A DNA stretch of 60,550 nucleotides, filler included, from Basidiobolus ranarum (lineage: Eukaryota): the NCBI GenBank assembly GCA_040143965.1. It is 15 parts of 15 records of this genome, joined end to end, with 100 filler letters (N's around TTAATTAATTAA, not from the genome) between each part and the next. Parts side by side here need not be neighbours in the genome. Positions count along the whole stretch, not along the records: positions 36,457 to 40,392 come from JASJQH010002204.1; positions 40,493 to 44,427 come from JASJQH010002205.1; positions 44,528 to 48,462 come from JASJQH010002206.1; positions 48,563 to 52,494 come from JASJQH010002207.1; 11 more parts are not named here. One strand, given 5' to 3'. The notes under the pieces were generated by a model, which was given only the letters and a program-made list of their open reading frames with translations, was not told the DNA's origin and did not search any database. Every line of letters begins with the position of its first letter. Within the stretch, counting starts at the first letter, position 1. The position numbers and the translations under genes are program-made. Positions 37,554 through 50,410 of this stretch are shown piece after piece.

Positions 37554-38088
37554 TTATGATCTAGGCTTCTCCTTCTTTTCCTTGTACAAGGCAAGAAGAG
37601 AAACACCGGAGACCTTAACAACCTTAAAACGAACACCTGGAATATCACCAACAGCACGACCCTTACGACCGAAACCAGAAATAAGGACTTCATCGTTTTC
37701 TTCAACGAAGTTCAAGCAACCATCATTGGGAACGAAAGCAGTGATCTTCTTGCCATTTTTGATAAGTTGGACACGAACACACTTACGAATAGCAGAGTTA
37801 GGTTGCTTGGCTTCAACACCAATCTTTTCTAAAACGATTCCCTTAGCGTGGGAGGAGCCACCAAAGGGGGAGGACTTGAAAGCGGTACCAAGGGCACGCT
37901 TCTTGTATTGCTTATCAGCCCAACGTTCCTCACGACGGTGGTTACGAAGCTTACGAGCAGCTTGAAGACCTCTAGGTTTACCCTTACCTTAAGTTAAAAT
38001 CGACCTTTAGTTACTGTTACATTCAATAGATTAAGAGATGATGGCCATTACATCCATCCGATTCAATAAGAAATTAGCGCTTACCCAT
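37554..38088 (-). CDS. RPS23: 40S ribosomal protein S23 (uS12); 4-nt first exon, intron 37988-38084
   Basis: [73 protein letters not shown]. Confidence 0.97.
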
Positions 38089-38938
38089 GTTAGATTAGGA
38101 TATAAAATAAATGAAAGAGGGAGCCACAATCACCATTCTCCCTATTTTATCGTCACTAGAATCCATCAAATTTTCCACCAATCTAGAATCACCATGGTGT
38201 CTGGTCACGTGATTGAAGACCACTACCCGTATCTTAGGATTTTATACAGCTATGTCAGTAAAGCACTAAGGCTCTAGGCCTAGTGATACAAATTGGCGCT
38301 ATTAGCAGACATCGACTATGGTCAAATGGGTTTAGAGTAAGTAGAGGCAAAGAATCGGTCTAATATTAAATTTTAGATAAAAACAAGTGAACGACCAGTT
38401 TTTAACATATTTGATTTTCAAACTGTCCAGAGGAGATTCGGGGAAATATAAGCACTTGTAGCGTTTTCAGTTTACTAACAAAGCGCTAAGAGTGCTAACT
38501 TTATATAGATTTGACGTCGATAGAGCCTCGAGATGCATACATATTGTATGAGTATTTAACGCGAGATTAGAATGACCACCCATACTGAAATCCACTCAAC
38601 ACCTAGCAGCAGACAAAGTGCTACTGGATTCTCAGATTTAAGTAGGTGTCGATATCAAAAAACATAGTGTTTCCAATTATTGTACTCAAGCAGCCCAAGA
38701 CATGATACATGTGCTATATTCAGAAAACGCCTACGCGATCTGGGAATACCTAACATATAATGCTAATTTATTCGAGACAATATACAAATGGTACTGGCTA
38801 GGTTAGCTCACAAGAAATTGATCATGAATTGAACCTTAGATATCGCTGAGTCTTATAAGTTGAATTACAGTAGTCAGTTACAAAAGTTGGGATGTGATGA
38901 AGGAGCCTCAATGGACTCCATAATTATTGTTCTCTACG

Positions 38939-40392
38939 CTACTGAATACCATCAGCCATTTTGGAAATCAATTCCTCTCTTTGGTGGCTTAGTTGTTCCT
39001 GCAGTAGTAAAAGTTAAGTATGGAATAAAGTTGAAGTGCAATTTGAATGTACCAACCAGCTCTGTCTGCTTGCCCTCTAGCTTCATTTTAGCCAATTCAA
39101 GATCCTACAAAAGCAAACTATCAGTTAATACAATGTAATACCAATAGATGATGTATACGCATGTACCGGAGGTAAGTCAAGGTAGGTTTTGACTTGCTTA
39201 TGCTGACTTCTGAGTTGCGGTTTGGCTTCACGAATTTGGCTATCCAACTTCCACAACGACGAGATAGAAAGCTCCCTACATTCAGGTATAATCTCGGACT
39301 AAACTTCATAAGGTTAAATTTTCAACAGATCAAGCCTATTAACCTGGCATACCTCAATATTTGCAATTTTCTCTCTGATCTGCTTGATCCACTTCTCCAT
39401 CTCAGTGTTCTGTATTTCAAATCGATTGAATAGTGCTTCGTTATACTCCTTCTCACCTTCCAAAGACACAATCTCCCTAATTATAACTTAGAAAAATATC
39501 ATTTGGATAAAACGTATCAGACACAAACATACCTGTCAACTTTGCTCTTGGCATCGCTTAACTTCCTTACATAATGCTCGATTGCTTCCAAATCGGTGTC
39601 TCGGGCGGAGTTTAATAGATTCAGATCATTTAGGCGGTCACTGAAATCCAAGATTCCTTCGAAGAAGCTATGATGCACATAAGCCTTTTGTTCTTGTTGA
39701 ATTCTATACAACTATTTACCATACCTGCTTAATTCAAGGTCTGCCAAACCAAGTTTCTCTGCTACAGAAACCAACGCATTTAGGGGGCTCCCATCCTCTT
39801 GGAAGTCTTCGATGAACAAGCCAATATCATTTAAGCAATTCTCCATTGATTGTGCTAAAGATGAAAGAGTTAAGAGATGATAGCATTTAATGGAGGTGTT
39901 GCGTTTCATTTACCTTCAAGGCGGTATTCTTGAGCAATCTTTTCCTCTTCTTCCTCAATAAATGGTGATATCTCGTCTTGTTGTTCGTTGTGTATAACAA
40001 TATCATAGAGCAAATCTACAGTTTCAGATGTTTTTTCCCATTTGGGAATGGGGTTTCGCCCGTACTTCGATTTAAGCCATTGCTGTACCTATTTGAGTAC
40101 AAAAATAAGTTAATGTTGATGTAACAAACAGAGTTTACAGCATTACATACCTTCTTTAGCTTAGCAGGATTAGGTCTTTTCTTTTCGAGACCGCGTCTGT
40201 GTTGAGGGGTACAAAGATAGATGTCTGATATCATAGTGTCTTCGATCATTGAAGTCCTATCTAGAAAACTGTGTCTAAGGTTGGTAGCGAATCCTTCATT
40301 GGAAATGGTTCTTTTCGGTGGTGAAACAGAATTCAAGTCAAAGCGTACTTTCTTTTCTACAGTATTTGGGGCAGAATTAATTGTTTTGATAG
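38939..40392 (-). CDS. HAUS1: HAUS augmin-like complex subunit 1 homologue, multi-exon, 5'-truncated, with an apparent 1-nt frameshift near 39974
   Basis: VQQWLKSKYGRNPIPKWEKTSETVDLLY..NEQQD / DITIIEEEEEKIAQEYRLEA, LNALVSVAEKLGL, and C-terminal YLDLPPDLELAKMKLEGKQTEL. Confidence 0.75.
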
Positions 40393-40492
40393 NNNNNNNN
40401 NNNNNNNNNNNNNNNNNNNNNNNNNNNNNNNNNNNNTTAATTAATTAANNNNNNNNNNNNNNNNNNNNNNNNNNNNNNNNNNNNNNNNNNNN

Positions 40493-40957
40493 TTCTGATA
40501 GGGAGAGTGGCATAATATTGCATGGTATCTGCCAGATAGCTGGAAGAATGTTGATTCAGCAACATTAATACAATGGTGGGCTTTGATGGAGATATTGATA
40601 CAAACTCATGTAAGGTATGCGCTAAACCTTGGGTATGAAGAACTTTATAAAAATATTCAGGACAATATATCAAAGAGACTGGGGATTTCAAAGGTGACAA
40701 ATTAGAATTCATGTGGTAATTATGTAAAATTTGAGTTACATTTTTTGCACATGTGTTGATCCATAGTTCTCTGAGATTGTAGCCAATCATGTGCAACCAT
40801 TTTGCAAGATCTTGAAATTTCACTCCTGAAACTGAAAAAATTGTTTAAAATCAAATTTAAATGGACAATTTTAGGATGGTAAGTAAATGATTAATTCCAA
40901 ATGGATTAAAATTGTGACGGTTTTCCTACAATAACAATCCTCAAATTTCTGTTAGGG
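40493..40957 (-). mobile_element. End of the CCCTA-terminated DNA element (second copy of 15846-16123)
   Basis: Reverse complement begins CCCTAACAGAAATTTGAGGATTGTTAT and aligns with 15846-16123. Confidence 0.65.
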
Positions 40958-41264
40958 TTCAAGTGTGCACATGATATCATCTTTATAGTAAGGTGGTAGT
41001 TCCTCAGCTATTCTGTATAGATGTACTGTAATATGGGTTTGTCTCTTACCTCTTGGGTCTTTGTGAAATGGAATCAAGCCACTAGAAATGTCTAAGGGCT
41101 GATACATCACAATGCAATCTCCAGCTTTCTGTTGAATAATATGCTAGCTCCTGAAAAAAGAATATTCTGGCTTCAACATCCATTGAGAATCAATAGATTA
41201 AAAGAGAATATCCAATCAAAAACAACTGTTAACTGAGCCAGCAGGGTCTTGAATGAGGATGCAC

Positions 41265-41612
41265 TGTTAAAGTATTTGGGAGCCTGTTGGAAATGGTTTA
41301 GAAATTAGAGGAATGGGAGGTTTTCACTTATTGGTGTATTGAGTAAAAAGTTGACATTTATAGTTTTGTAAAAGATGTGAATAAATAAACAAGTATAATG
41401 TGTTAAGGAAGGTCCCAGGATCATGTATGCAAAGTTTGAGGCTTCTAGCAAATGTTTGAAAAGTCTATATATCTGAGAACTTCTACGTTGGTGAAAATAT
41501 TCAAAATAAATTCCAATTGAGAATCTTGAATAATATCTTTGTGAATTATAGCATAACCAAGTACTTAACTATATATGACTATATAGGTATTTAGGCAAAG
41601 CTAATTTCAACA
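41265..41612 (-). repeat. Solo LTR, family A, with 5-bp target-site duplication TGCAC
   Basis: tgcac|TGTTAAAG...TTTCAACA|tgcac. Confidence 0.92.
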
Positions 41613-42479
41613 TGCACTAGCAGTGATGTATCCAAGGATACAAAAAGTTCCTTGCCTATGGAGACAAAGCTAGGGAACAAAACATCAAGTATCAGAAATA
41701 GAACATCTACCTGTCAGTAGTTCCTATGAGCTGGTCAAGTACTTTCTAGTCACACAGTAGCCTGTAACTGTCTCTAGCAGTCTCTCTTGAGCTTTCTCCT
41801 CAGAGGTCTTGTAAGTGGTGATGAAAATAAGAGGTGATCACAAGAAGTAATTGTTAGTTGAAAACCAGAATGATTTTTATGTAAAAAGATATGGCTCCTA
41901 ATTATACTTTTCTCAAGGTAGATATGACGACTAATGAGAATTTCCAGAAAGTTCCAGAGAATTGTATTGGTGGTGATCCAGGGCTGTGATATCATCATAA
42001 ATTATAACATTAGTAATCCATGGAATGTTCCAGAAGGTTGGAGAATAATCCAGAAAGTCATGGAATATTCTGGCAAAATTAAGTTCTGATTGGTCAAAAT
42101 TCAATAACTCATCAAATATTCCAAAAATCTTATGGAATATTATGGAAGTTTGCAGAATTTTCCAGAAAATAATAGGGCTAATGTGGGTTGGTACTGATGT
42201 ATCTCAAATAATTGTGGATAATACTAATGGTTTGATATGATTGGTTAGAAAACATGGATAAGACAAATATAGGTAATAAAATAGAAATTGTGCAATATTG
42301 ATAATATAAGCTTGGAGTGGAGATAAGTCAACCTGCCAATGGGTAGCAATGGTACCCTACTACACCAAAAGAATTCAACCAAAGTATCCCTAACTCCCAG
42401 TCAACAAATTTCCTGCCACAAGTAGATGTGTCATTGCTTGAACAGATTACCCCATGGTTAAAATAATAATACTGAGTAT

Positions 42480-43900
42480 CTCAATCTATCTTCCCAAGAA
42501 GTCTGTCTTGTAGCTATCCTAGAAAAACTGTCAGATTATTACATAAATAAATTAGTCCACATTATAGAGGAACTTACTCTGTGTCCATATATTGGGTTTT
42601 GTTGCTATTATTGTGCTTAAACAATGCAAAAACCCATGATCACATTTTAATGAGCCCTTTGCTGGAAGGTTAATATACTCTGGAGTCTCCTTAACCCATT
42701 GTATTATATCCATCACTGGGTTTCCTGATACATTGTCAATCAGATTAGCATATGGTAATACTGACAATTTCACACAGAGCATCATTTTGTTGCAGGTATG
42801 CTCCATTAGGAACTGCCAGAATGTATAGCAAGGGCCTAGAATATCTAAACATTTTGAAATATGCAATAGAGAATGTATTAAATACTGGCATAGATTCGGT
42901 GTAATTTCTTTAAACTTGTAATAAGGTTTTTCTTATCCAATTACAAAATCTTCACATAGTTGCTCTACCTGCCTGAGAACTGCCAATGTGCATTGATGCC
43001 ATAAGAATGTTATAAACAATACCTACAAACAACTCCCAATGTTGCCAATGACTATCAAGCAGAAATCTTTTGAAGATTCCACTTGAATAAATACAAAGTC
43101 AATACTTCCAGTCTTGGCATATGAATAAATGCCTAGATGAGTGGATATTGATGGCAGTCCTGGTAAAATATGATGGTATCTTGATGTTTCAAGCAGTTTC
43201 CCAATTGATTAAAGCTTTGATCCTGTCTAGAATGGCTTCTTCATGTAATATTTTCCACTTTATGTCTGAGTAAGTAGCATTGGAATGATGTTGAATAGTA
43301 AGTGCATAGTGCCTAATGGGAAGCTCTTGCTCCAGCTGATACTCTTTGGCAATATAACTTTGGACTTACAGCTTATCCCAAGTTTGATGTTAGACTAATT
43401 ATTTGAGGGATTGATATCAGTAAGCATGTTGAAATGTGACCAGGCACTGGATGGTAAACTCAATCCAGCCTGCTAACACACCATTTGGCTTGATATGTCA
43501 ATTACCATGGCTAGGTCCTATTATACTTGATCAGACACTGAGGAACAATATGGCACCATCTCACCACAAGCAGACATGATGATTTTTTTGGAGATGTTGT
43601 GCCAACTCATACCAAGTTACCCAATTTAGTATTGCCACATCAAGATTTTGGGTTACTGGCAAGGCAAGTACATCCCCCATTTTGTAACTTACCAATGATT
43701 AAATGTGTAACAATAAACAATTTATACTTTAACTTGCCCAATCAAATGTAAAACCAAGACATTTGCATGTTTGTAGGCCAATCATTTGTCTCTCACTTGC
43801 ACAATATCCTGATCTTCAATTTGGCCCAACAGCTCCTGCATTATGAAATGCTAGTAGTTTTGGCACACAAGTGACAAATCACAGCACTTGATGATGTATG
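42480..43900 (-). mobile_element. Heavily decayed CACTA/EnSpm-like transposase
   Basis: LLHISKCLDILGPCYTFWQFLMEHTCNKMMLCVKLSVLPYANLID fits the H..GP....W.F.MER..G....KS...PYANL motif. The upstream part is too degraded to read, so its boundary is approximate. Confidence 0.6.
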
Positions 43901-45169
43901 AATCTGTGGAATAATAGTAAGCATCAGGTATGCTTGATTCATGATGTTTAGATCAGCAAATTGTTCATTCAATCATGTAAGCTTCTAATTGGGTGAAAAA
44001 TGAATGGATTGAGCCATATCAAGCCAATATGGCTCCTCAAGCTTTTTATCAACAGATATTTTTCATTTAAGTTTAGTGAAATTGCTTATATTAATAGACT
44101 ATCATTTTTTTTGATATATTACAGTTTCATGCAATCAGTGCTTCATAATGACATAAGCAATCATGATCTAACTAAAGTGATTATGCTATATTTAATTACA
44201 TTTGAGCACGATGTGCTAAATATTAAAGTTAGGATAATGTAAGTATGAACAGGAGCATTCAGCAGTTGTCCAGGTTTGAGGTAGTACATGCTGATTTGCT
44301 TCTGATAATTTTATTGTCTCTTTGATATTTCCACAGGAGGACCTTTGCTTGACCCTCTGCACTGAGTTGGTTGGTTTGATCCTACTGAAGTTCCTCTAGC
44401 TTGGCCAGCTGGAGTTGTGGCTTGGGGNNNNNNNNNNNNNNNNNNNNNNNNNNNNNNNNNNNNNNNNNNNNTTAATTAATTAANNNNNNNNNNNNNNNNN
44501 NNNNNNNNNNNNNNNNNNNNNNNNNNNGTTTGGTGCGTGAACTGATGTTAGAATATAAGATTAAACTTGAATTCCTATTAAAATTCCACATATTGGGGGG
44601 GGGAGGAAGAGAAATAGTAGGTAGAATGGCGCCAGTGGTTTGGTTAAAATGATAACTAATAATGTTATAATCAATCCATATACATTATTTAGTAATGGAG
44701 AAATTCCCTCGAAAAGTGTGATCATGTGGGGAATATGTTGGAACACTGGGAAGTTCTTGGGTTCCTATTTTGGATGGTGGTTAATTGGACGGATAAATTA
44801 TAAAGATAGTGACATATTGGGGAGTATGAGAGGAGGTAGAGTACCGGTTGCTAATAGTAAGATAGAAGTAAAGCCTCAATGCTCGTCTGGGCATTCGGTG
44901 GTTTCCTGTATCAAGTTTAATAAATTCCGGATCAATTGGGTAATCAACGAAGAACATGAGGAGCGCTAAAGCGGACTAAATAAAAGTGGTACAAGGGTAT
45001 CGTGGAGCATTCACATGAGAGATTCCAAGAGAAATCCGATGTAATCCATGGGCAGAGCTGTGAGCAGGGTGAGATGGGTGAATTAGGAAGGAGAGTTGAG
45101 GAATGAAGATCTAACGAACATGTGTACTGATCATATTATGATCTATCCTCATATCTTGGGGGTCTTGGA

Positions 45170-46740
45170 AAATCTACCATTCTCCATCATCAAACCAAAC
45201 AAAGTGATGGTTCGTTCATATGGCTATGGCTTTCTTATACATGTGGATTCCTGAAATTTATTACACTCATTTGCATGACATGCGCTTGATACTTGAGTCA
45301 AGGTGAGGGCAAGGATACAGGCGTGCGCACACCAGTTTATCATTGTCAAAGATTTTGCATTGGTATCACGTAGGAGCAGGTTCGGTGTTCTCTTCAAAGG
45401 CCTTATCAAAATTGGGTTTGCGTATTGAGAAAAGCCAAGACCATAAAAGCGTATCGCGCTCAATCCCCAACCACAGCAGTAGTGGAACAACAGAGATCCC
45501 CCAAAATCCAGTTTTTTACTACGAACCTTCCTGCCAGAGATGGTTTATACCGTGGCGCACCTCAAAGAGGAAATCTCTTTCTGGTATTAACTAGTCAACT
45601 AAGACAAAGTATAGTGAAGGTTGAGTATCGTGGGGAAAGAAGAGTCTATTCTCCTTCGGTTCAATCCTTGTACCCACAGCCTTTCCTTTCCTCGATCGCA
45701 TATATTAAGCAGGTCTGGAACAACTGGTTCTTCTCATGTGTGACCTATTTCAGTCTTGCTGGTATACATAATTAGTGGCAATTTATCCTCATAGATGATC
45801 AACATTTTCTTGAGCAAATTTTTCTGGAATCCTGATAGAACTCTCGTAATATTCATCCCAGGTAATAGATACGGCGACTTCGGAGTCAAATCTTGAATAA
45901 AAAATTTGCCTGCTGATTAGATAAATCTACCAGAACCAAGCTAGAGGTTTCTCTCAAATTTCCATTGATGGACCCATTGAACCAGTCAATTAGTATGCAA
46001 GCTCAGTGATGCAGTTTTCAAGTCCATACCTATCTGCTGATTTGAATGACCATCGACTGCATATATTTCCCCCAAGATGGGCCTCAAACCGGGGTTTCTT
46101 CCTCTAAAAGCATTAATTAAGGCATCAGAGCGATTTTTTCCTGTTGACGAAACTTTGGAAATTCCTTCATCGTGGGATTTCCATTTCATCCAATCAACAT
46201 CCGCATTCATATAGTGGGTTTATGAGTAACACCTAGCCAGATCGACAGCACAGTTATCAGCCCCTTCCCCTATCGTTATCGTAATGGCATTATCTCCTAC
46301 TTGATGCACTAGACTAATCTTATCCATCCTGTTCCATCTTTCCTTGAGCGCAGACATGCATCACACTCGATGCTAATATAAGTGAATTCATTGAAATTCA
46401 AAGTATTCTTATTTCAAGACAAACTGGCTTCAACCTGGTAGCAGGATATAACCAAGTAAAGTCATAGGTTTTGATCTTCTGGCTCTTTGCCATTCAAGTA
46501 ATATCAAGTCAACAGCAATAACCTTTGCATTCAATCTTTGTCCAGACTTCTAAAACCAGTAAGAATTACGATTACAAATACGCGCAACATTTGCTGGAAG
46601 ATTCCAACAATGTAAAATCAATTGAATGGTCATTTTTTATACTGACAAAGCTAAAGATTCTGATCAACCATAGTCTTCCTGACCATATTTGATGTAGAAT
46701 TTCGAATCATTGTAGCACTCACCAGGTGAAATATGCGGCA
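45170..46740 (-). pseudogene. Second decayed paralogue of the 573-aa terpene-synthase-like ORF
   Basis: Collinear matches: KVIAVDLI (46525-46502) vs RVADVDLI; FNEF..IECDAC vs FSEMKVKCQSC; LGEIYAVDGHSNQQ vs LGHEYLFSNDSADQ; SAGKF vs AAGQL; YCCGW vs GCRW; LTQVSSACHA vs LTDQLTSCSA; WFDDGEW* (45197-45174) vs WYYSVERY. Confidence 0.68.
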
Positions 46741-46910
46741 TTGAGATTGGCTAACACCTCCAACACTCTTTGTACATTCATATTTGGTAAATAATGTATG
46801 GATGTAGCTATTTGCAAAGCTGAGCAGGTTTGAGGCTCTAAAACTTTCCCCACTTGATATTTATGGAAGATTTCTAATTATTGACATACTAGTTATAGAC
46901 TAGATGAATT

Positions 46911-47247
46911 TGTTAAAGTATTTGGGAGCCTGTTGGAAGTGGTTTGGAGAGTTAGAGAAATTGGTAGTTTTCACTTATTGATTTATTGAGTAGAAAGTTG
47001 ACATTTGTAGTTTTGTCAAGATGTAAACAAACTAACATGTAGAATGTGTTAAGAAAGGTCCCAGGAACATGTGTGCAAAGTTTTAAAAGCTTGAAAAATC
47101 TATATATCTGAGAACTTCTTAGTTGGTCTCAATATTTTAAGTAAATTCCAATATCGAATAATGGGTGATATCTTAGTTCAATATAGTATAGCTAAATGCT
47201 AAGCTATATATGACTATATAGGTATTTAGGCAATGCTAATTTCAACA
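46911..47247 (-). repeat. LTR family A copy
   Basis: TGTTAAAGTATTTGGGAGCC...GCTAATTTCAACA, homologous to 41265-41612. No clean TSD. Confidence 0.88.
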
Positions 47248-48267
47248 GCACACACTCTCATAGTCAAGTTACCCCCTTCCTATGCAAGAAAGTGAGTGTA
47301 GTTAGCTGCCCTTGAGTTTGTACCAGTATCCTTGCTAAGTGTGCATATTTGGATCGTGAACTAAATAATGGTTGAATGAGTGATAGAAAACCCAGATGAA
47401 ATGACCAGATGCCTAAATATGGGGAGAATATATATTTTACAGATATTCCATTTTGGCATGTACTCCTGTATCTACTGGTATATTCCTCTTGAAGTTGCCA
47501 TAGAATATTACGATATATTATTCCAATGTAGTTATGCCTGGGGCCATTATAATAATTATAGATATCCTGCATAAAATTAGCTGGACAAAATTAAGAACTG
47601 TTGCCATCAACTTGATTACGCAACTAGTAAATTCCCAGTTATCTCGTACTCTGAAGTGTTCAGGATGGGCATTGAAGAGTTGTAGCAAATGTATAATTTA
47701 CATCCCAAGCCTTATTAGCTTGAAAATAAAGAAACCCAAATCTGGTACATATTACTATTGCTTGTAACTCACAAGTCAATGCTCAAGTAGACACTCTAGG
47801 AATAGAAGAGCAAGGTAAAGTTGCACTGCTCCAGTATTATTGATATCACTTATTTTCGAGTTAACATAAATCAAATACATCCCTAAAGGTGTTCCGCAGA
47901 GAGAGAACATTGGTAAATATACAAACCAACTTTTCACGAAGCATTTCCTAGTGGTATATTAAATCTGTGAGTCAGAATTTTCAATCATATTGTAAGGTAG
48001 TTCAAATATGGTTGAACGGTCCACATTAGCTACATTGAACATTCAGCAAATGAAAGGGGTTTTTCTAATTAGCTTGAACATATATCCCAATTAAAACAAA
48101 TTATTGCATGCATTCCCGAGTAGATCAACTACTATGGATACAATGGCAGAAACATTTCCGTCGTTGTTCGCCAAATATGGGATTTTATTTTAGAGCAGAA
48201 ATTGTATGTAGATATATATTTTCATACAGGAACATCCAAATGTACGATAGAGGAAGTGCTATACACA

Positions 48268-48462
48268 CTATTGACGGCTAGCGACCAATCTCTTACGAGC
48301 CAATTGGCGCTTGTTGAGCTTGGGACCCTTACCATCATCTTCACGCTGTACGGTGCTGTCTTCTTCGGAGACAATAATCTCAATATGACAGGGGGAGCTC
48401 ATGTAGGGGTTGATTCTACCGTGAGCACGATAAGTACGTCTACGTTGGTTAGGGGCTTGGTT
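48268..48462 (-). CDS. RPL17: 60S ribosomal protein L17 (uL22), C-terminal part
   Basis: [33 protein letters not shown]...RQ*. Confidence 0.95.
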   Translation of the reverse strand, partial: NQAPNQRRRTYRAHGRINPYMSSPCHIEIIVSEEDSTVQREDDGKGPKLNKRQLARKRLVASRQ

Positions 48463-49481
48463 NNNNNNNNNNNNNNNNNNNNNNNNNNNNNNNNNNNNNN
48501 NNNNNNTTAATTAATTAANNNNNNNNNNNNNNNNNNNNNNNNNNNNNNNNNNNNNNNNNNNNGAAGGGCTCGCTCTGAATAAGATCATCTGAATGTTAGC
48601 ATTGCTGACAAATGTAGAAGCGAGAGCAGAGATCTGTGCTGCGGTTGGTGCGCTCCGATCTTTCAACCGAGTTGCTTGGTTAGTAGGTTCTGGAAGCAAG
48701 GCTTGTTAACAATGGTTTAATTAATGGTCGCTATTCGAAGCGAATTGATCATCTTTACTCATGCTGACACCAATGCACAGCCCTGATTATGGCTCCAGAA
48801 ACAGGCCCTAAGTTGGATTTCTCGATCCCAAACGATTGACCTGTCCGTCATCTGCATTCCATTTAGTAATACGAAATGAAACAGTATGAAGAAGAAGGGT
48901 TGACCAAACGTGTGCAAACGTAAAGATCCCATTTGTATATTATCTGGAAAAAGAGTCACGGTCAAATCAATGAAGGACCGTAGCCGTCACAAGATTATTA
49001 ACCACAGCCTATGGTCATGTTCCCCTAAATGTATACCCTGATTTCCGTAATCTTTCTCGGTGCGACGCTATTCACTTGAGTACTTCTATTTTCTTAATTC
49101 AGGCCCCTTGCTCACTCCTCTCAACCTTAGTCGTTTATCATTTATTGCGGGTTTCAACTCGGACTTCTGTCTATATCTAAGCCTCTTTCTCATCGCTTCA
49201 CCTGGTGCTAGCTTCTTCCGTTTCTGTTATCTTCACATACGACCGTCATTACTACAATACACTTAGATAAACACCTTGACCTGTTTCCTATTCATACTTT
49301 TGTTAACTACAAATTCTCTTATCATTCATTTTCTGGAACAGATAACACTACTCATAGACCACTCCTTGTCTCTTTAAGTTGTGGTTTTTTGTATATTGTT
49401 TTCATACAAAATATTCCACCCAGCTATACCAGATCTATTACTTACCCTTACCGCTATCCCACTTTTTGATTATCTGGTATA

Positions 49482-50014
49482 ATGGGTTTCGCACACAAAA
49501 CGTACTTATCCGGAAACAGAATCTTTGGTTGTAAAGATTGTAAGACTCATTTTTCGACATTAGATTGTTTAGTCTCAAAGGTAGCATTTCGACATTTACT
49601 CAATTTAACTTGGTGAAACGATTTCTCGTAGCTTTTTTAACCTTCTACTTTCCCACTTAGGCCTTCCAAGGACAATATGGACGAGCATATCTCTTCATGA
49701 AAGTGTAGGTAGAGCGTTGAAGGGTATTTTTAAACTTTTGTGTTAATTCTTGTCTGCTACATAGTGTAAATGTTATAGAGGGAGAGGAAGCCGAGCGTAG
49801 CATGACTACTGGCCTTCACGTTGTTAAAGATATTAAATGCTCTAAATGTCAACGTACAGTGGGGTGGAGATATGTAAGCACGTTACTTCACAAAGTTCAG
49901 TATACCTTTTATTCAATACACCAATATTTTTAGGTACGAGCCTACGAAGAGAGTCAGCGCTATAAAGAAGGTCAATACATACTGGAACGGAATCTATTGG
50001 TAGACGTGGACTAG
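49482..50014 (+). CDS. Yippee-family zinc-binding protein (Moh1/YPEL-like), 4 exons; missed by the ORF track
   Basis: MGFAHKTYLSGNRIFGCKDCKTH..SK|AFQGQYGRAYLF..V|VNV..ERSMTTGLHVVKDIKCSKCQRTVGWRY|VRAYEESQRYKEGQYILE..*. Confidence 0.93.
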
Positions 50015-50372
50015 CTTCAATTACTCGAAGAAATTGATACTCTTCTGATTCCTCCTCATTAATATCTTTCTGTTATTGCAGTACATAAACATTGATGTTC
50101 AATGGGTGACTTTTTTGTTTTTACATTCTGCATTTTCACAACACCCATTCCCTTCAAGCGCTCGCTTCACATCGTGTGCTTCAGTGAGATGATGCTACTC
50201 ATCCAAGATATTATATAGACCGTCGTATCTCACATCTGAATTATTCTTGAATTCTTCATTCTAAGTTCCATATTTGAATGTTTAATAAAATATTCGCCTT
50301 TTCCTTCGGTGAACTACTATAAATGCATTTTTCCCGATGGTCACAAATATCCTGGATCTTGCTTCCATGGCT

Positions 50373-50410
50373 ACGGGTGAGGTCCTGGGTTCAATCCCCA
50401 ATTGAGCCCA
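50373..50410 (+). pseudogene. 3' half of a tRNA (Pro-like), tRNA relic
   Basis: GAGGTCCTGGGTTCAATCCCCAATTGAGCCCA followed by a T5 run: T-arm/B-box and 3' acceptor strand. No matching 5' acceptor strand or D-arm upstream. Confidence 0.55.

Noticed and set aside
37543-37965. 140-aa plus-strand ORF (and the 102-aa ORF at 48202)
   Set aside because: They are antisense shadows of RPS23 and RPL17.
44528-45100. Possible gene start on the minus strand / 109-aa plus-strand ORF
   Set aside because: I could not build a consistent spliced frame or recognise any motif.
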